From positions 217,372,001 to 217,436,000 of the forward strand of contig OZ024740.1 in NCBI GenBank assembly GCA_964016885.1: a DNA stretch of 64,000 nucleotides, read 5' to 3'. Source of the stretch: Eledone cirrhosa. Lineage: Eukaryota. Position numbers and translations under genes: made by a program. Below the pieces are notes generated by a model, which did no database searches, was not told the DNA's origin, and saw only the letters and a program-made list of their open reading frames with translations. Below, piece by piece: positions 62,341 to 64,000 of this stretch. Within the stretch, counting starts at the first letter, position 1. The number at the start of each line of letters is the position of its first letter.

Positions 62341-64000
62341 AATGCAAGTTTACCATTCTGTGTGTCCGCCTAAAATTAGCAATCTACCGGACGAAACTCC
62401 TCAAAATGACATGTACATATTCACTATGCACTCGGACAGGAAACGGTCGAAAAAGGTTTATTTTGCAAAGCATGGAATTCATTTAAAATCAATTTATCTT
62501 ATTTATCAATGAATATCAAAAGAGATCATCCATTTTGTTTTTTATGTTCTCCAGTCTGTAGATAAGATAGTGAGGGATGGGAAGAGAGAGAGTGGCAGAT
62601 GGAAGAGAGAGTAAGGGGATGAGAGAGAAAGAGAGAGAGAGTGAGTGGATGGGAGAGAGAGAGTAAGGGGGTGTTAGAGAGAAAGAAAGAGAGTAAGGGA
62701 TGAGAGAGAGAGAGTGGGAGATGGGCGAGAGAGAGAGAGTAAGAAGATGTGAGAGAGAAAGAAAGAGAGTAAGGGGATGAGAGAGAAAGACGATGAAAGA
62801 GAGAGAGGCAAAGTAATCAGCAAGACCTGGAATCGAAGAAAGCAGTGTCATTTAGTGGAAGGTCATGAAGTCAAGTCAAGTGATACTATTGGGCGTGTTT
62901 ACAATGTCTATCCCAACAACAGAGAATGTTTTTATTTACGGCTATTTCTGCATACTGTTCGAGGACCAACGTCATTTGAGCATCTTAGGTGCTTCAGAGG
63001 AAGGGAGTGCGCAACATACCAAGAAGCATGTACACAGCATGGACTCCTGCATGACAATGGACACTGGAAGAAGTGCCTAAAAGAAGCAGCAATCACTCAA
63101 GTACCCAGCCAAATAAGACAATTATTTGTTATTATGCTCACGGCATGTGGAATTGATGAAGCTCATCTACTCTGGCAGGAGTACAAAAACAATATGTCGG
63201 ACGACTATCTACACCTAGCCCGAAGACATCATGGCAATATGTATGTGGAATATACCCCCAGAATTTACAATCAAGCTCTCTGTGACGTGTCCCATCGAGT
63301 TCAGGCAATGAATAGCACATTAGCTAACTGCGGGATGCCAGAGCCAGATGAAGAAATAGAGGTAGCACAAGACATTTTTCAGGAGACAAACTACGATATC
63401 CAAGCATTGCGTAAGTTTGTGGATGAAAATGAACCTCGATTGATGGGTGACCAGAAATACGCCTACCACGACGTCATCGAAAACATTCAAAATAACAGGG
63501 GAGGACTTTTCATCATCGATGCTCCTGCTGGCACAGGCAAGACATTCCTCATAAACCTCCTGCTTGCAAAAGTTCGCCAAAAGCAACATATTGCCCTTGT
63601 TGTGGCTTCAAGTGGCATTGCAGCAACACTTCTGGGTGGAGGAAGAACTGCACACTCCATGTTTAAGCTGCCTATAGATCTCACACGGCATGAACAATCT
63701 TTTTGCAACATCAAGAAGAACTCACCCAAGGGCAAGCTTCTGCAAACATGCAAGATAATAATTTGGGATGAAGCTACGATGAGCCATAAAGGAGCAATTG
63801 AAGCTTTGGACCGGACGATAAGGGATCTGAGAGAAAATAGTTGCATAATGGGAGGAGTGACAATGGTTCTTGCTGGTGATTTCAGACAAACTCTGTCTGT
63901 AATTCTTCGAGGGACTCGAGCTGATCAGGTCAATGCCTGTCTGAAAACATCCTATATCTGGCCCCACTTTCAGCTGCTGAGCCTTACAACCAACATGCGA
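62341..64000 (+). mobile_element. Helitron PIF1-like helicase remnant, paralog of 13752-15400, runs off window
   Basis: DAPAGTGKT, ASSGIAATLL.GGRTAHS, WDEA motifs; less decayed than the first copy. Confidence 0.9.

Overview
Eukaryotic, repeat-rich, AT-rich animal DNA. The SINE types and microsatellite load are consistent with an octopod cephalopod (inference). The only host gene I can support is a 3-exon secreted cysteine-rich protein made of tandem 37-aa six-Cys pacifastin/VWC-like modules. It occurs as two paralogs (19302-23498, 14 modules; 44745-48989, 15 modules) inside an apparent tandem segmental duplication (about 3.0-15.4 kb = 51.0-64.0 kb; about 18.8-25.2 kb = 44.2-50.7 kb). The rest is transposon material: several Tx1/L1-clade LINE copies, an R4/Dong-like LINE with a 5' inversion, RTE fragments, Helitrons, tRNA-derived SINEs and Penelope-like elements (PLEs). 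The most striking hidden structure is about 20 type-I hammerhead ribozyme motifs read by eye on both strands. Most lie in short palindromic or tandem PLE-derived inserts within (TA)n tracts. They include a 485-bp tandem dimer with one hammerhead per unit and a U3:A8 compensatory core variant. All folds, alignments and coordinates are by eye.
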